The translations under genes and the position numbers were made by a program. A stretch of 64,000 nucleotides of DNA from Promethearchaeota archaeon (GTDB lineage Archaea; Asgardarchaeota; Lokiarchaeia; Sigyniarchaeales; SOKP01): positions 36,675 through 100,674 of the forward strand of contig JAFGOA010000066.1 in assembly GCA_016926735.1 (NCBI GenBank), given 5' to 3'. A model generated the notes under the pieces. The model searched no databases, had not been told where the DNA came from, and saw only the letters and a list, made by a program, of their open reading frames with translations. Below are positions 9,288 to 18,960 of this stretch, in pieces. Position 1 is the stretch's first letter; each line of letters begins with the position of its first letter.

Positions 9288-10021
9288 GTACATCAAAAGA
9301 AGTTATAAGTTTGATTGAGCAATTTGAAAATATATTTGATGCATATCAACAATCTCTTAAGAAGAATTCTGATGAAATAATTCAAAATCTTAGCTCAATT
9401 TGGAAAAATATGAAATCAGAACAGGATGAAATAGTTAAACTCGAGGAAAGAATAAGAACTCAAAACTCTGAATTAACTGAATTGAGAACTAAATCAGCTG
9501 AATTAGATAAAAAAATTGAAGATCTTAAATCAAACAAAGAAGAACTTAATTCTAAAATCATTGAACTTACTTCAACTCTTGAGAGAAACACAACTGAATT
9601 AAAGAAACCAGAATTTGAACTTGAAACAATTCTTTCTAATTTATCATCAACAAATGAGAAAATCCAAGAAAAAGAAGGAGAAAAAACAGTTTTAGATCAA
9701 AAAAAATTGAGTAATGAACAAAAAGAAGTTGATTTAAAAAACAGTTTCTCTGAAGAAAAAATGGAAGTATTAGAAAATCAGTTAAAAGAAATCCGGATTA
9801 AGAATTTCTTTAGTTCTTTCTTAATAGAACATTCCGATGCAGAAGTACCCGAAGTTGAGATTTTAGCAACAATTATGAATAGAGCAGGACAAGCAAATCT
9901 AGAAGATTTAAAGAAATCTTTAGGCATTCCTCCAATTATGGCAGTAAGAACTATTAAACAATTAGCTGTAAAGGGAATTATTAATTTAAATGAAAATACC
10001 AACGAAATAACTATGAATTAA
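9284..10021 (+). CDS. Long coiled-coil protein with C-terminal winged-helix domain
   Basis: Heptad region, then EILATIMNRAGQANLEDLKKSLGIPPIMAVRTIKQLAVKGII. Overlaps the upstream gene by 4 nt according to the ORF track and is preceded by GGAGGTG. Confidence 0.75.
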   Translation: MSTSKEVISLIEQFENIFDAYQQSLKKNSDEIIQNLSSIWKNMKSEQDEIVKLEERIRTQNSELTELRTKSAELDKKIEDLKSNKEELNSKIIELTSTLERNTTELKKPEFELETILSNLSSTNEKIQEKEGEKTVLDQKKLSNEQKEVDLKNSFSEEKMEVLENQLKEIRIKNFFSSFLIEHSDAEVPEVEILATIMNRAGQANLEDLKKSLGIPPIMAVRTIKQLAVKGIINLNENTNEITMN

Positions 10022-10223
10022 TTACTTTTTATTTTTCATTTTTCATTTTTTTTATAAGTTTGATATATTCTATTTTGAATTATTTTCACATATAAAAAGA
10101 TTATAAAATGATCAATTATGAGGAATATTTTTTTTTGAAATTCAAATTTTCATGCAAATTAATAAGAATAAACATATCTAAAAGCTTTAAATCAAAAAAT
10201 TCTTATATATTTAAAATATAAAT

Positions 10224-11285
10224 TTATAATTTCTTAAGAGAAATTCCTGTTGCTTTAAATGAAGCATAAATTTGATCTCCTTTATTCAAGTTTAAATCTT
10301 CTTTAGCATTAGAGGTGATATATGATATTAATCCATTAGACATCGTAACTTGGATTAATTCTTTAGATATTGAAAAGATTTCTTTTATATTTGTTTTTAA
10401 ATTGTTTCTCATACTACTTTTTAATAAGGATTTCGATAATACTATATTTTCTGGTCTTATAAAAATAGTTACTTTACCAGAATTGAACTCCGATAAGCAA
10501 TATATGATATTATCATCAAATTTAACTTCGGCTATTCCCTCATTATTATTTATAATAATTCCTTCAAATATATTTTCAATACCCACAAATTTTGCATTGG
10601 ATACCGATTTTGGATGATTAAAAATAGATTTTGGGGTTCCAGTATCTACAATCTTTCCATTCATTATTAAAGAAATTCTATCACCTAATATAGCCTCATC
10701 TTGATTATGGGTTACTTTTATAATTGTTAAATCATCCTGTTCATGAATTAATTTTACAACCTTTATAGCAGCTTTTTTAGCAACAGGATCTAAAGCACTA
10801 AAAGGTTCATCTAATAATAATATACGGGGATTAGTGATTAATGCTCTTGCTAATGCTGTTTTTTGCTGTTCACCTCCAGATAAAGTATTAGGGTATCTAT
10901 CTTTTATATGAATGATGCCAAGCTTTTGCATAATTTCTTTTGTCCTATCATTTATTTCTTCTCGTTTTATTTTTCTTATTTCAAGACCAAAACTAATATT
11001 ACTTTCTACATCCATATGTGGAAACAATGAATAATCTTGATAGACAAATCCTATATTCCTTTCGTAGGATCGAATTTTTGACATATCATTTCCATTAAAT
11101 AATATTTTTCCTTTTTTTAATTTATGAAAACCAGCAATAAGTTCTAATAGAAGAGTTTTTCCGGCACCTGTTGGACCCAATATAACAAAATATTCTTTTT
11201 CTTTAATACTTAGGCTGATATTTTCAAGTTTAAAATTCCCAAAATCAGCAGATATATTTTTTAATTCAATAATAGGAAGATCCAT
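10224..11285 (-). CDS. wtpC: Tungstate/molybdate ABC transporter ATPase with TOBE domain
   Basis: GPTGAGKT, LSGGEQQ, LLLDEPF, C-terminal TOBE (IYASFKA). Confidence 0.88.
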   Translation of the reverse strand: MDLPIIELKNISADFGNFKLENISLSIKEKEYFVILGPTGAGKTLLLELIAGFHKLKKGKILFNGNDMSKIRSYERNIGFVYQDYSLFPHMDVESNISFGLEIRKIKREEINDRTKEIMQKLGIIHIKDRYPNTLSGGEQQKTALARALITNPRILLLDEPFSALDPVAKKAAIKVVKLIHEQDDLTIIKVTHNQDEAILGDRISLIMNGKIVDTGTPKSIFNHPKSVSNAKFVGIENIFEGIIINNNEGIAEVKFDDNIIYCLSEFNSGKVTIFIRPENIVLSKSLLKSSMRNNLKTNIKEIFSISKELIQVTMSNGLISYITSNAKEDLNLNKGDQIYASFKATGISLKKL

Positions 11286-11295
11286 CTTTATATAA

Positions 11296-12108
11296 TCACC
11301 TCAATTCTAAATCCTTTACTCCTGTAAGATAGTGAATTATAATAAATATAAAAAAGCATAATAATATCAATAAGAGTGCAACAGGTCCTGAACCAGCTAA
11401 TCCTTGTGTATTAAATAGAAAATAGACTAACACAGGAGCAATCATAGGATAATATGCTATTAAAATTACAGCACCAAATTCACTTATTCCTCTAGCCCAA
11501 CACATAACTGACCCTGTGATAATATGACGCTTATTCAGTGGAAGCATGATTTTAGTAAATATTTTACGTTCATTTGCACCTAAACTCTTACCTATTTTAG
11601 AATAATGAGGATTTATCATTTTAAATCCATCTCTCACTGTATTTATATATATCGGCATACTTACAAATAACAATGCTACTATAATTCCATTGATATTTTC
11701 TTCAAATAAAATCCCTAATTCTTTTAATGGTGCCCCAATTAACCCTCCTCTATAAAATAAAGAAAAAATAATTAATCCCGCTACGCTATGAGGAATCATA
11801 ATTGGGATGTTAAGAATGGAATTGATAATTGATTTACCTCTAAATTTAAATTGTGCTAATAAATAAGATAAAGGAGTTCCAAAAATGATAGTTATTATTG
11901 TTGCTACAAAAGAAGCATAAAATGTTAAGATAATTGTATATAATACATATTCGTCTGCTATTACTTTAATGAAATTATTAAAATTCAATACTAAATGACT
12001 AATAACCATCTCTATAATGGCTAATATAATTAGCATAAGAAGTAAAGAACCAAAAAAAATAAGAAAAATAAGAAAAAAATAATGTTTAAAAAAATTTCTA
12101 AATCTCAT
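11296..12108 (-). CDS. wtpB: Tungstate/molybdate ABC transporter permease
   Basis: IPIMIPHSVAG, SLGA, WARGISEFGAV. Confidence 0.88.
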   Translation of the reverse strand: MRFRNFFKHYFFLIFLIFFGSLLLMLIILAIIEMVISHLVLNFNNFIKVIADEYVLYTIILTFYASFVATIITIIFGTPLSYLLAQFKFRGKSIINSILNIPIMIPHSVAGLIIFSLFYRGGLIGAPLKELGILFEENINGIIVALLFVSMPIYINTVRDGFKMINPHYSKIGKSLGANERKIFTKIMLPLNKRHIITGSVMCWARGISEFGAVILIAYYPMIAPVLVYFLFNTQGLAGSGPVALLLILLCFFIFIIIHYLTGVKDLELR

Positions 12109-12139
12109 AGTAATATTTCTTAAATTTATAAATTTATAA

Positions 12140-13180
12140 TTATTCCTGAAAACAATAGGGTTGCAGATTAGTAGGCAAAATTATATAATTATCTGTAAGG
12201 CAAGGAATTAGAGGAGGTTGGCCCAGATTTGTAAATATTGCTTGTCCAGTTCCATTAATTAGATATTCTATAAATCTTGCTCCTAAATCAGGATGATCTG
12301 CGATTTTTGGAACAGTTACTCCATATGTTATTGATTTACCTGTACTTATCTCTCCATTATCCTTTATAACTTTAACTCGATTATATGTAGTGTCTAAATT
12401 TGAATCTTTTAGATTAATAGCATCTTCTAAAGTTATATAGTTCAAATTATGTTGTACCGCAACACTTAGATATTCAAATGCATAATCAATAGACCCTTCT
12501 TGGAGCAATGTAACTAAGTCAACCGATTTATCTCTAATTCTTATTTTTGAAGTATCGGGATTAAGAGGTTCATTAGTAGTTATATTATAGTTAAGACCAT
12601 CATCAACAACTTCTATATCAGAATGGTCTACAACACAATTATCAAAAATTGTCGAATTTCCATATTCAATTTCAGCTAATTGTAAAACCATAAGGGTTCT
12701 ATATCCACAGGGATCCAAATTAGGATTAGAAAATCCCCAAATCACACCAGATTTTTCAAAATACTCCCAAAAATTCGTATTATTAATATCATCTTTATAG
12801 CTACTATCATCAGTATAACAAATAACCATTTCATTTGTTGCAAATTTTATATAATAGTCTTGATATTGTGAATCCATCCCAGGAATTAATGACCAATCAG
12901 CTAACGCTAAAACATCTGCCGTTTTCCCTGCTTCTGTAATCCAAGAAACACACTGTACACTCCCACCTGATTCTAAGAGTATATCTATTTTGGGAAAATC
13001 ATCTTCAAATTCTGCTTCTATTGATTGAAGTGGTATCGTAAGACTTCCTGCATTGAATATTTTTACTTTAGTCTTTTGCGCTTCAGGATTTAAACCAAGA
13101 ATATAAAATCCCCCAATTATTATCCCTGAAATAACAACTATAGATATAATTCCACTAATAAGTTTTGATTTTGTCTCCAT
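12140..13180 (-). CDS. wtpA: Tungstate/molybdate ABC transporter substrate-binding protein
   Basis: FNAGSL, ESGGSV, SNPNLDPCGYR, DYAFEYLSVAVQH, ITYGVTVP; N-terminal membrane anchor. Confidence 0.9.
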   Translation of the reverse strand: METKSKLISGIISIVVISGIIIGGFYILGLNPEAQKTKVKIFNAGSLTIPLQSIEAEFEDDFPKIDILLESGGSVQCVSWITEAGKTADVLALADWSLIPGMDSQYQDYYIKFATNEMVICYTDDSSYKDDINNTNFWEYFEKSGVIWGFSNPNLDPCGYRTLMVLQLAEIEYGNSTIFDNCVVDHSDIEVVDDGLNYNITTNEPLNPDTSKIRIRDKSVDLVTLLQEGSIDYAFEYLSVAVQHNLNYITLEDAINLKDSNLDTTYNRVKVIKDNGEISTGKSITYGVTVPKIADHPDLGARFIEYLINGTGQAIFTNLGQPPLIPCLTDNYIILPTNLQPYCFQE

Positions 13181-13210
13181 TTATTTCATCTTAAAACATG
13201 TAATTGATAT

Positions 13211-13236
13211 TCGATATGTATATTTGAACATATCGA
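13211..13236. promoter_or_regulatory. ModE-box-like palindrome upstream of wtpA
   Basis: TCGATATGT-N8-ACATATCGA, perfect 9-bp arms, about 30 nt from the wtpA ATG. Confidence 0.65.
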
Positions 13237-13440
13237 TTTAGTTATATTAATTGGTCTTTTTTTAAAAAGCTTAGTATATTTTTAATTTTCAATCTCCAAT
13301 TTCCAATAGACAAATTATTTTCTAATATATTTTATTCATCAAAAATTCTATATAATTATAAAAATTAAACAGAATTACATGTAAATCATATTAAATTTTA
13401 AATAATTAAGATAAAAAATATATACTATTTATTATTGATA

Positions 13441-13464
13441 TGATATGGATAATTATACATTTCG
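13441..13464. promoter_or_regulatory. Second, degenerate ModE-box-like site upstream of moaC
   Basis: TGATATGGA-TAATTA-TACATTTCG aligns with CGATATGTA-TATTTG-AACATATCG at 13212-13235. Confidence 0.55.
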
Positions 13465-13476
13465 ATAAAAAATATT

Positions 13477-13911
13477 ATGATAGACATTATCAATAAGAAA
13501 GATATTACTAGAATAGCCGAAGCATCAGGAAAAATATATTTAAGCGCAGATACTATAGATAAAATAAAAAAAAAAGAAATTATAAAAGGTGATGTTGAAA
13601 CTATATCAAGAATTGCGGCAATAAATGGTGTAAAGAAAGTTCCGGAATTAATTCCTTTATGTCATCCAATTCCAATATTAAATATTTCTATTGAATATGA
13701 TTATAACGATAAGAACTATATACTTGTCTCTTGTTTAGTAAAATCAATATCAAGAACAGGAGTAGAGATGGAAGCGCTGACAGGAGTAAGTATAGCTCTT
13801 TTAAATATCTGGGATTTAGTTAAAATGTATGAAAAAAATAAAGAAGGCCAATATCCTCAAACAATAATTAAGGATATTAAAGTTATAAGAAAAGTGAAAA
13901 TAATTGAATAA
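13477..13911 (+). CDS. moaC: Cyclic pyranopterin monophosphate synthase
   Basis: KGDV, LIPLCHP, TGVEMEAL, IWDLVK. Confidence 0.93.
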   Translation: MIDIINKKDITRIAEASGKIYLSADTIDKIKKKEIIKGDVETISRIAAINGVKKVPELIPLCHPIPILNISIEYDYNDKNYILVSCLVKSISRTGVEMEALTGVSIALLNIWDLVKMYEKNKEGQYPQTIIKDIKVIRKVKIIE

Positions 13912-13920
13912 ATTAATAAA

Positions 13921-14844
13921 ATGAAAGATAACAATAATAGAATAATAAAACACATTAGATTTTCAATTACCTCTCACTGTAATAGCAATTGTATATACTG
14001 TGATAAGGAAGGATTCACTCCTAAAATGTCTGAATTAACTGTAGAAGAAATCACAAAATTATGTAAAATATTAGCTAAAGTTTTGAATGTATCTAAAATC
14101 AAACTTACAGGGGGAGAACCATTATGTCGAAAAGAAATAATTTCAATTGTAAAAAATATCTCAAATCTTGGATTCTATAAAGACATATCTATGACAACAA
14201 ATGGATTATTGTTAGGTAAAAAAGCTAAAGAATTATTTGATGCAGGATTGAACAGAATTAATGTTTCTTTAGCTACTTTAAACCCACAGAGATATAAAAG
14301 AATATGTAATAATGATTCTTTAGAAACAGTTCTTAAAGCACTAGAAATTTCTAAAGATATCGGATTTAATCCTATTAAAATTAACTACGTAATCTTGAAA
14401 AATATAAATGATGATGAATTTTGGAGTATGAGTGATTTTTGTAATAAAAAAGGATATATTTTACAATTGATAGAATTACATCAAGTAGCGAAATCAGTAG
14501 GAGGAGGTAATAATTTATTTTACCAAAATTATCATTATAACACTATTCCTCTAATCAAACAACTTGAAAAGAAATCTAATAAAACAATCATTCGTAGCAA
14601 CATGCAAAATAGAAAAAAATTTATTTTATCTAATGGAGCTATTATCGAAACTATTGTACCAAGTCATGAATTCTGTATGGGCTGTACAAAATTAAGAATA
14701 GGATGTGATGGTAACTTATTTGGATGTTTGTTTCGATCAGATCTTGGAAAAAACCTGAAAGAATCCTTAAAAGCTCATTATTCCTTAGAAAAATATGATC
14801 AAATTATTAGACAAATTGTGGATTCAAGAGAGCCATATTATTAA
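13921..14844 (+). CDS. moaA: GTP 3',8-cyclase (radical SAM)
   Basis: CNSNCIYC, KLTGGEP, MTTNG, RINVSL, C-terminal FCMGC..LR...G.L..CL cluster. Confidence 0.92.
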   Translation: MKDNNNRIIKHIRFSITSHCNSNCIYCDKEGFTPKMSELTVEEITKLCKILAKVLNVSKIKLTGGEPLCRKEIISIVKNISNLGFYKDISMTTNGLLLGKKAKELFDAGLNRINVSLATLNPQRYKRICNNDSLETVLKALEISKDIGFNPIKINYVILKNINDDEFWSMSDFCNKKGYILQLIELHQVAKSVGGGNNLFYQNYHYNTIPLIKQLEKKSNKTIIRSNMQNRKKFILSNGAIIETIVPSHEFCMGCTKLRIGCDGNLFGCLFRSDLGKNLKESLKAHYSLEKYDQIIRQIVDSREPYY

Positions 14845-14890
14845 TTTTATATATATAAAATAAATTTTAAGAAAGAAGAAGTGAGTTAAG

Positions 14891-15169
14891 ATCGTAGTAG
14901 TACTTTATTTTGCTGAGTTTAAAGATATCTCAGGAAGAAACAAGGAATTGTTTACATTGAAGAAAAATAATCTGAAAGAATTAATTAATTTAATAATAAA
15001 AAAATATCCTAAAATTAGAGATTTTATATTAAATAAAGAAGGAAATAAAATCAAAAAATCTATATCTATTGTTATTAACGATTCCATTGTACCAAATAAA
15101 GATGGTTTGGATATGATACTTAAAAATCATGATAAAATAGCCTTTTTGCTTCCTTTTTCAGGAGGATGA
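14891..15169 (+). CDS. moaD: MoaD/ThiS-family ubiquitin-like sulfur carrier (start extended upstream, non-canonical)
   Basis: C-terminal LPFSGG. In-frame IVVVLYFAEFKDISG, the typical MoaD first strand, lies upstream of the track's TTG at 14948. Confidence 0.8.
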   Translation: MVVVLYFAEFKDISGRNKELFTLKKNNLKELINLIIKKYPKIRDFILNKEGNKIKKSISIVINDSIVPNKDGLDMILKNHDKIAFLLPFSGG

Positions 15170-15173
15170 TAAT

Positions 15174-15623
15174 TTGAATAAAAAATCAGAAAAAAATATC
15201 GATTCAGGTATTTATCCAAAAGAAAAAATTACTTTTATGGATATTATCAACTCTATAAAAATAAATCCTAAAATTGATGAGGTTGGAAGTATATTAGCCT
15301 TTACAGGATTGGTTAGAAAGTCTTCTGAAGATAATAAACCAGTAAAGGGATTAATAATCGATGCTTATAAAGAACTTGCTGATAAGAATATAAAGAAGAT
15401 TTGTGAGGATATTTTAAAAGAAGAAGGGATAATAGATATAAAAATTATTCATTTAATAGGAGAATTTTCAATATCAGAAGAGTTAGTTTATGTTATTATA
15501 GCAAGTGCTCATAGAAAGGAAGGTTTTAAAGGATTACAGACTGCAATAGAACGATATAAAAAAGAATTATCTATATGGAAAAAAGAGCTATATCTAGATA
15601 GGGAATCAAAATGGATTCATTAA
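15174..15623 (+). CDS. moaE: Molybdopterin synthase catalytic subunit
   Basis: GSILAFTGLVR, SAHRKEGF, SIWKKE. Confidence 0.9.
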   Translation: MNKKSEKNIDSGIYPKEKITFMDIINSIKINPKIDEVGSILAFTGLVRKSSEDNKPVKGLIIDAYKELADKNIKKICEDILKEEGIIDIKIIHLIGEFSISEELVYVIIASAHRKEGFKGLQTAIERYKKELSIWKKELYLDRESKWIH

Positions 15624-15674
15624 AGAAGAAAAATTAAACATTTATTAAGAAAAAAAAAACAAAAAAAGAAAAAA

Positions 15675-16901
15675 ATGAAATTTCTAAATACAGTTAGCTA
15701 TAAAGAATTAAGAAATATACTTGAGAATATTTCATTTAATACATCTGAAGAAGAAATAATTTCCATAGATAAATCACTAAATAGAGTAATTTCAAAGGAT
15801 ATCTATAGTAAAATCAATGTACCTCATTTTAAGAAATCTAGAATGGATGGATATGCAGTAATAGCTGAAGATATATTTGATGCTGAAGAAGATAATGTAA
15901 TAACTCTTGAATTAATAGAAATTATTGATGCAGGAACCATCCCTCTAAAAAGAATAGAGAAGGGAAAATGTGCTTACGTTGCAACAGGCGCTGCAATACC
16001 AGAGGGAGCTAATGCAGTTATTATGGTCGAATTTACAATTAGAGAAAATAATAAAATTTTAATTTCTAAAGCTATTACTCCTGGAACATATATAGTTAAT
16101 ATTGGAGCAGATATCAAAGAAAAACAAAAAATATGTGATAAGGGACATCTTATTAATATATCTACATTAGGAGTACTTTCTTCTTGTGGAATTGAGAAAA
16201 TACCCGTATTTAAAAAAATAAAAGTAGGTCTCATCAGTACAGGTAATGAAATAGTTCCAATAACCAGAAAAGACTTGAATATTGGAGAAATATACGATGT
16301 AAATTCCATTGTATTAAAAAATGCCATGTTAAACACAGGAGTAGATGTAAAATTCTATGGTATAGTTAAAGATAATTTATCCGATTTAAAGGATATTATT
16401 TTAAAAACATTAACAGAAAGAGATATTATTATTGTTTCTGGCGGAACATCTAAAGGTGAAGGTGATTTAGGACCACTTGTATTAAAAGAATTACAAAATA
16501 TTGAACTTCTTATTCATGGTGTTAAAATAAAACCAGGAAAACCATTCATTTTTGCCCAAATGAAAAATAAAATAATTTTTATACTTCCAGGTTATCCTAC
16601 TTCTGCACTAAGTTGTTTTTATCTTATTATTGAAAATTTTTTAAAGAAAGCATCTAGACTTCCTTTAAAAGAAAAAGATTCAAAAAGATTGGAAATAGGA
16701 GAAAGAATATATAGCACAATTGGGAGATATGAATTTAAGCCGGTCCTTATTAAGAAAATTGAAGGAAAAAAAAAGATTTTCCCTATTAACACTGGTTCTG
16801 AAGCTATTAGTACAATGTATAATGCAAATGGATATATTGTAATAGAAGAATTAGAATCTATTGTTGAAAAAGGAGAATTTAGAAATTTTTATAAATTTTA
16901 G
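15675..16901 (+). CDS. moeA: Molybdopterin molybdotransferase
   Basis: SRMDGYAV, ATGAAIP, STGNE, SGGTSKG, KPGKP, LPGYP. Confidence 0.92.
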   Translation: MKFLNTVSYKELRNILENISFNTSEEEIISIDKSLNRVISKDIYSKINVPHFKKSRMDGYAVIAEDIFDAEEDNVITLELIEIIDAGTIPLKRIEKGKCAYVATGAAIPEGANAVIMVEFTIRENNKILISKAITPGTYIVNIGADIKEKQKICDKGHLINISTLGVLSSCGIEKIPVFKKIKVGLISTGNEIVPITRKDLNIGEIYDVNSIVLKNAMLNTGVDVKFYGIVKDNLSDLKDIILKTLTERDIIIVSGGTSKGEGDLGPLVLKELQNIELLIHGVKIKPGKPFIFAQMKNKIIFILPGYPTSALSCFYLIIENFLKKASRLPLKEKDSKRLEIGERIYSTIGRYEFKPVLIKKIEGKKKIFPINTGSEAISTMYNANGYIVIEELESIVEKGEFRNFYKF

Positions 16902-16922
16902 ATAAAAATTAAATAATATATT

Positions 16923-17459
16923 ATGAAAACTCACGAAGAACATAAATTATATGGACCAAAAAAAGTCAATATTGCATTAGTTGTTGTAAGTACAAGTCGA
17001 TTTAAAGAGCTGAAGCTTAATATAGATACAACTGATAAAACTATTCCTTTAGTTAAGAAAATTTTAATGAACAAGAATGATATTATTTTAAAAACAATCA
17101 AAATTATACCCGATTCCAAAGATTATATTTTAAATACTTTAGATTTATTACTTAAAAAGAAAGAAATTAATTCTATAGTTTTTAGTGGTGGTACTGGATT
17201 ATCAAAAAAAGACATTACTTATGATATTATTCAACCAAGATTGGAAAAAGAAATCCTTGGATTTGGGGAGATATTTAGATTTTTATCATACCAAGAAATT
17301 GGCTCTTCATCAGTTTTGTCAAGAGCTACTGCCGGAGTAATATTTAATAAGGTTATTTTTTTATTACCTGGATCTCCAAATGCTGTCAAATTAGCGTTCT
17401 GTAAAATAATAATTCCAGAAATTAAACACATGACTTATATAATTAATAAAAAAGAATGA
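16923..17459 (+). CDS. moaB: Molybdopterin adenylyltransferase MoaB/MogA family
   Basis: GGTGLSKKDIT, GFGEIFR, SRATAG, LPGSP. Confidence 0.88.
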   Translation: MKTHEEHKLYGPKKVNIALVVVSTSRFKELKLNIDTTDKTIPLVKKILMNKNDIILKTIKIIPDSKDYILNTLDLLLKKKEINSIVFSGGTGLSKKDITYDIIQPRLEKEILGFGEIFRFLSYQEIGSSSVLSRATAGVIFNKVIFLLPGSPNAVKLAFCKIIIPEIKHMTYIINKKE

Positions 17460-17465
17460 GATTAT

Positions 17466-18713
17466 ATGAATAGATTACATCAAATAGGATTTTCAAAATT
17501 ATCTTCAGTTGAAGATTCACTAAAAAAAATATTTTCTGTAATTGGATTAACATCTATAATTCAAATTAATACTAAAGATGCTTTAAATCATAATGTAGCT
17601 AATAATATTAAAAGTATTGCTGATGTTCCTTATTTTGATAGATCTGCTATGGACGGATATGCTATAAAGGCAGAAGATACATTTGGAGCTTCTATAAATT
17701 CACCTAAATATTTTAAAAAAATTGGAAAGATAGAAATAGATGAACTATCAAAAATTACAATAAATTCCTTTGAAACAGTAAAAATATCTACAGGTGCTCA
17801 AATTCCTGATGGGGCCAATGCCGTGATAAAAATTGAGGAAACTGAAATAAAAGGAAATACCATTAAAATCTATAACTCCATAGTTCCTAATGCAAACATT
17901 TCTAAACGTGGAAGTGATACAAAAAAAGGAGAAATCATCATTGAAAATGGTATTCAAATAAAACCAGAACATATAGCATTATTATGTTCTCAAGGTATTC
18001 AAAAAATTAACGTAAGAAAAAAACCAAATATAAGTATTTTCTCCACAGGAAATGAATTAATAGATATAGAAAATACACGTGAAGGTCGACAAATATATGA
18101 TTCTAATACGCCTATGATCTCAAACTTAGTTAGAATTTATGGTGGGATAGTAATTGAAGAAAAAATTATTAGAGATAATAAGGATTTAATAAAAAAAGAA
18201 TTATTAGATGCCTTAAACAAATCAGATATAATTATCTTTTCTGGTGGTACATCAGTAGGAACCAGAGATTATCTTCCAGAAATAATGAATCAAATAGCAA
18301 AAGTATTAATACATGGTGTTGCTATGAGACCAGGAGCGCCAATTTTAATTGCAACCAAAAATAATAAGTTAATTTTTTGTTTACCCGGTACTCCAGTTGC
18401 TTCTTATATCGGATTTTTGATATTTGTAGGACCATCTATAAAAAAAAAAATGAATTCAAATATATTGGATCCAAGAGAAAAATGTGTTGCCATAATTAAT
18501 CAAGATGTTCCTGTTTCTTCTATGGGATATATACATAATTTAAGAGTTAAACTAGAGTTCATTAAAAATTCTCTAGTTGCTATTCCAATCAGATTAAAAG
18601 GATCAAGCCTAATAAGTTCTTTAACAAATTCCGATGGAATTGTTGAAATATTACCCTTTCAAGAGGGAATAAAAAAAGGAGATAATGTAATTGTAAAATT
18701 ACATCCAAAATGA
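17466..18713 (+). CDS. moeA: Second molybdopterin molybdotransferase paralog
   Basis: DRSAMDGYA, STGAQIP, STGNE, SGGTSVG, RPGAP, LPGTP. Confidence 0.9.
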   Translation: MNRLHQIGFSKLSSVEDSLKKIFSVIGLTSIIQINTKDALNHNVANNIKSIADVPYFDRSAMDGYAIKAEDTFGASINSPKYFKKIGKIEIDELSKITINSFETVKISTGAQIPDGANAVIKIEETEIKGNTIKIYNSIVPNANISKRGSDTKKGEIIIENGIQIKPEHIALLCSQGIQKINVRKKPNISIFSTGNELIDIENTREGRQIYDSNTPMISNLVRIYGGIVIEEKIIRDNKDLIKKELLDALNKSDIIIFSGGTSVGTRDYLPEIMNQIAKVLIHGVAMRPGAPILIATKNNKLIFCLPGTPVASYIGFLIFVGPSIKKKMNSNILDPREKCVAIINQDVPVSSMGYIHNLRVKLEFIKNSLVAIPIRLKGSSLISSLTNSDGIVEILPFQEGIKKGDNVIVKLHPK

Positions 18714-18960
18714 TATTGTAAATAGAATTCTCACAAGAAATAAATTAAATTCTCTCATTTAAAGAAGATTATTGATAATCTGAAAAAATTCTTAATTTCT
18801 CATTATAAATATATCACCAATAAAACTTATTCAAAAAGATAAAAGTCAATTATATATCTTGTTATAAGCACTAAAATTTTTTTTTTTTTATTTTATAAGT
18901 AGTATTAATTTATTATAATAAAAATTTAAAATTTGTTTTCATTTTTACATTTACATTATT

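Noticed and set aside
8535-10021. Coiled-coil pair as SMC/Rad50 or ESCRT-III
   Set aside because: No Walker motifs or hinge, no recognisable Snf7 core and no adjacent Vps4.
15648-15674. Poly-A and poly-T tracts (also 18876-18889, 44681-44699) as phase-variation sites
   Set aside because: They are intergenic and common in this AT-rich DNA; the T-tracts are more simply archaeal terminators.
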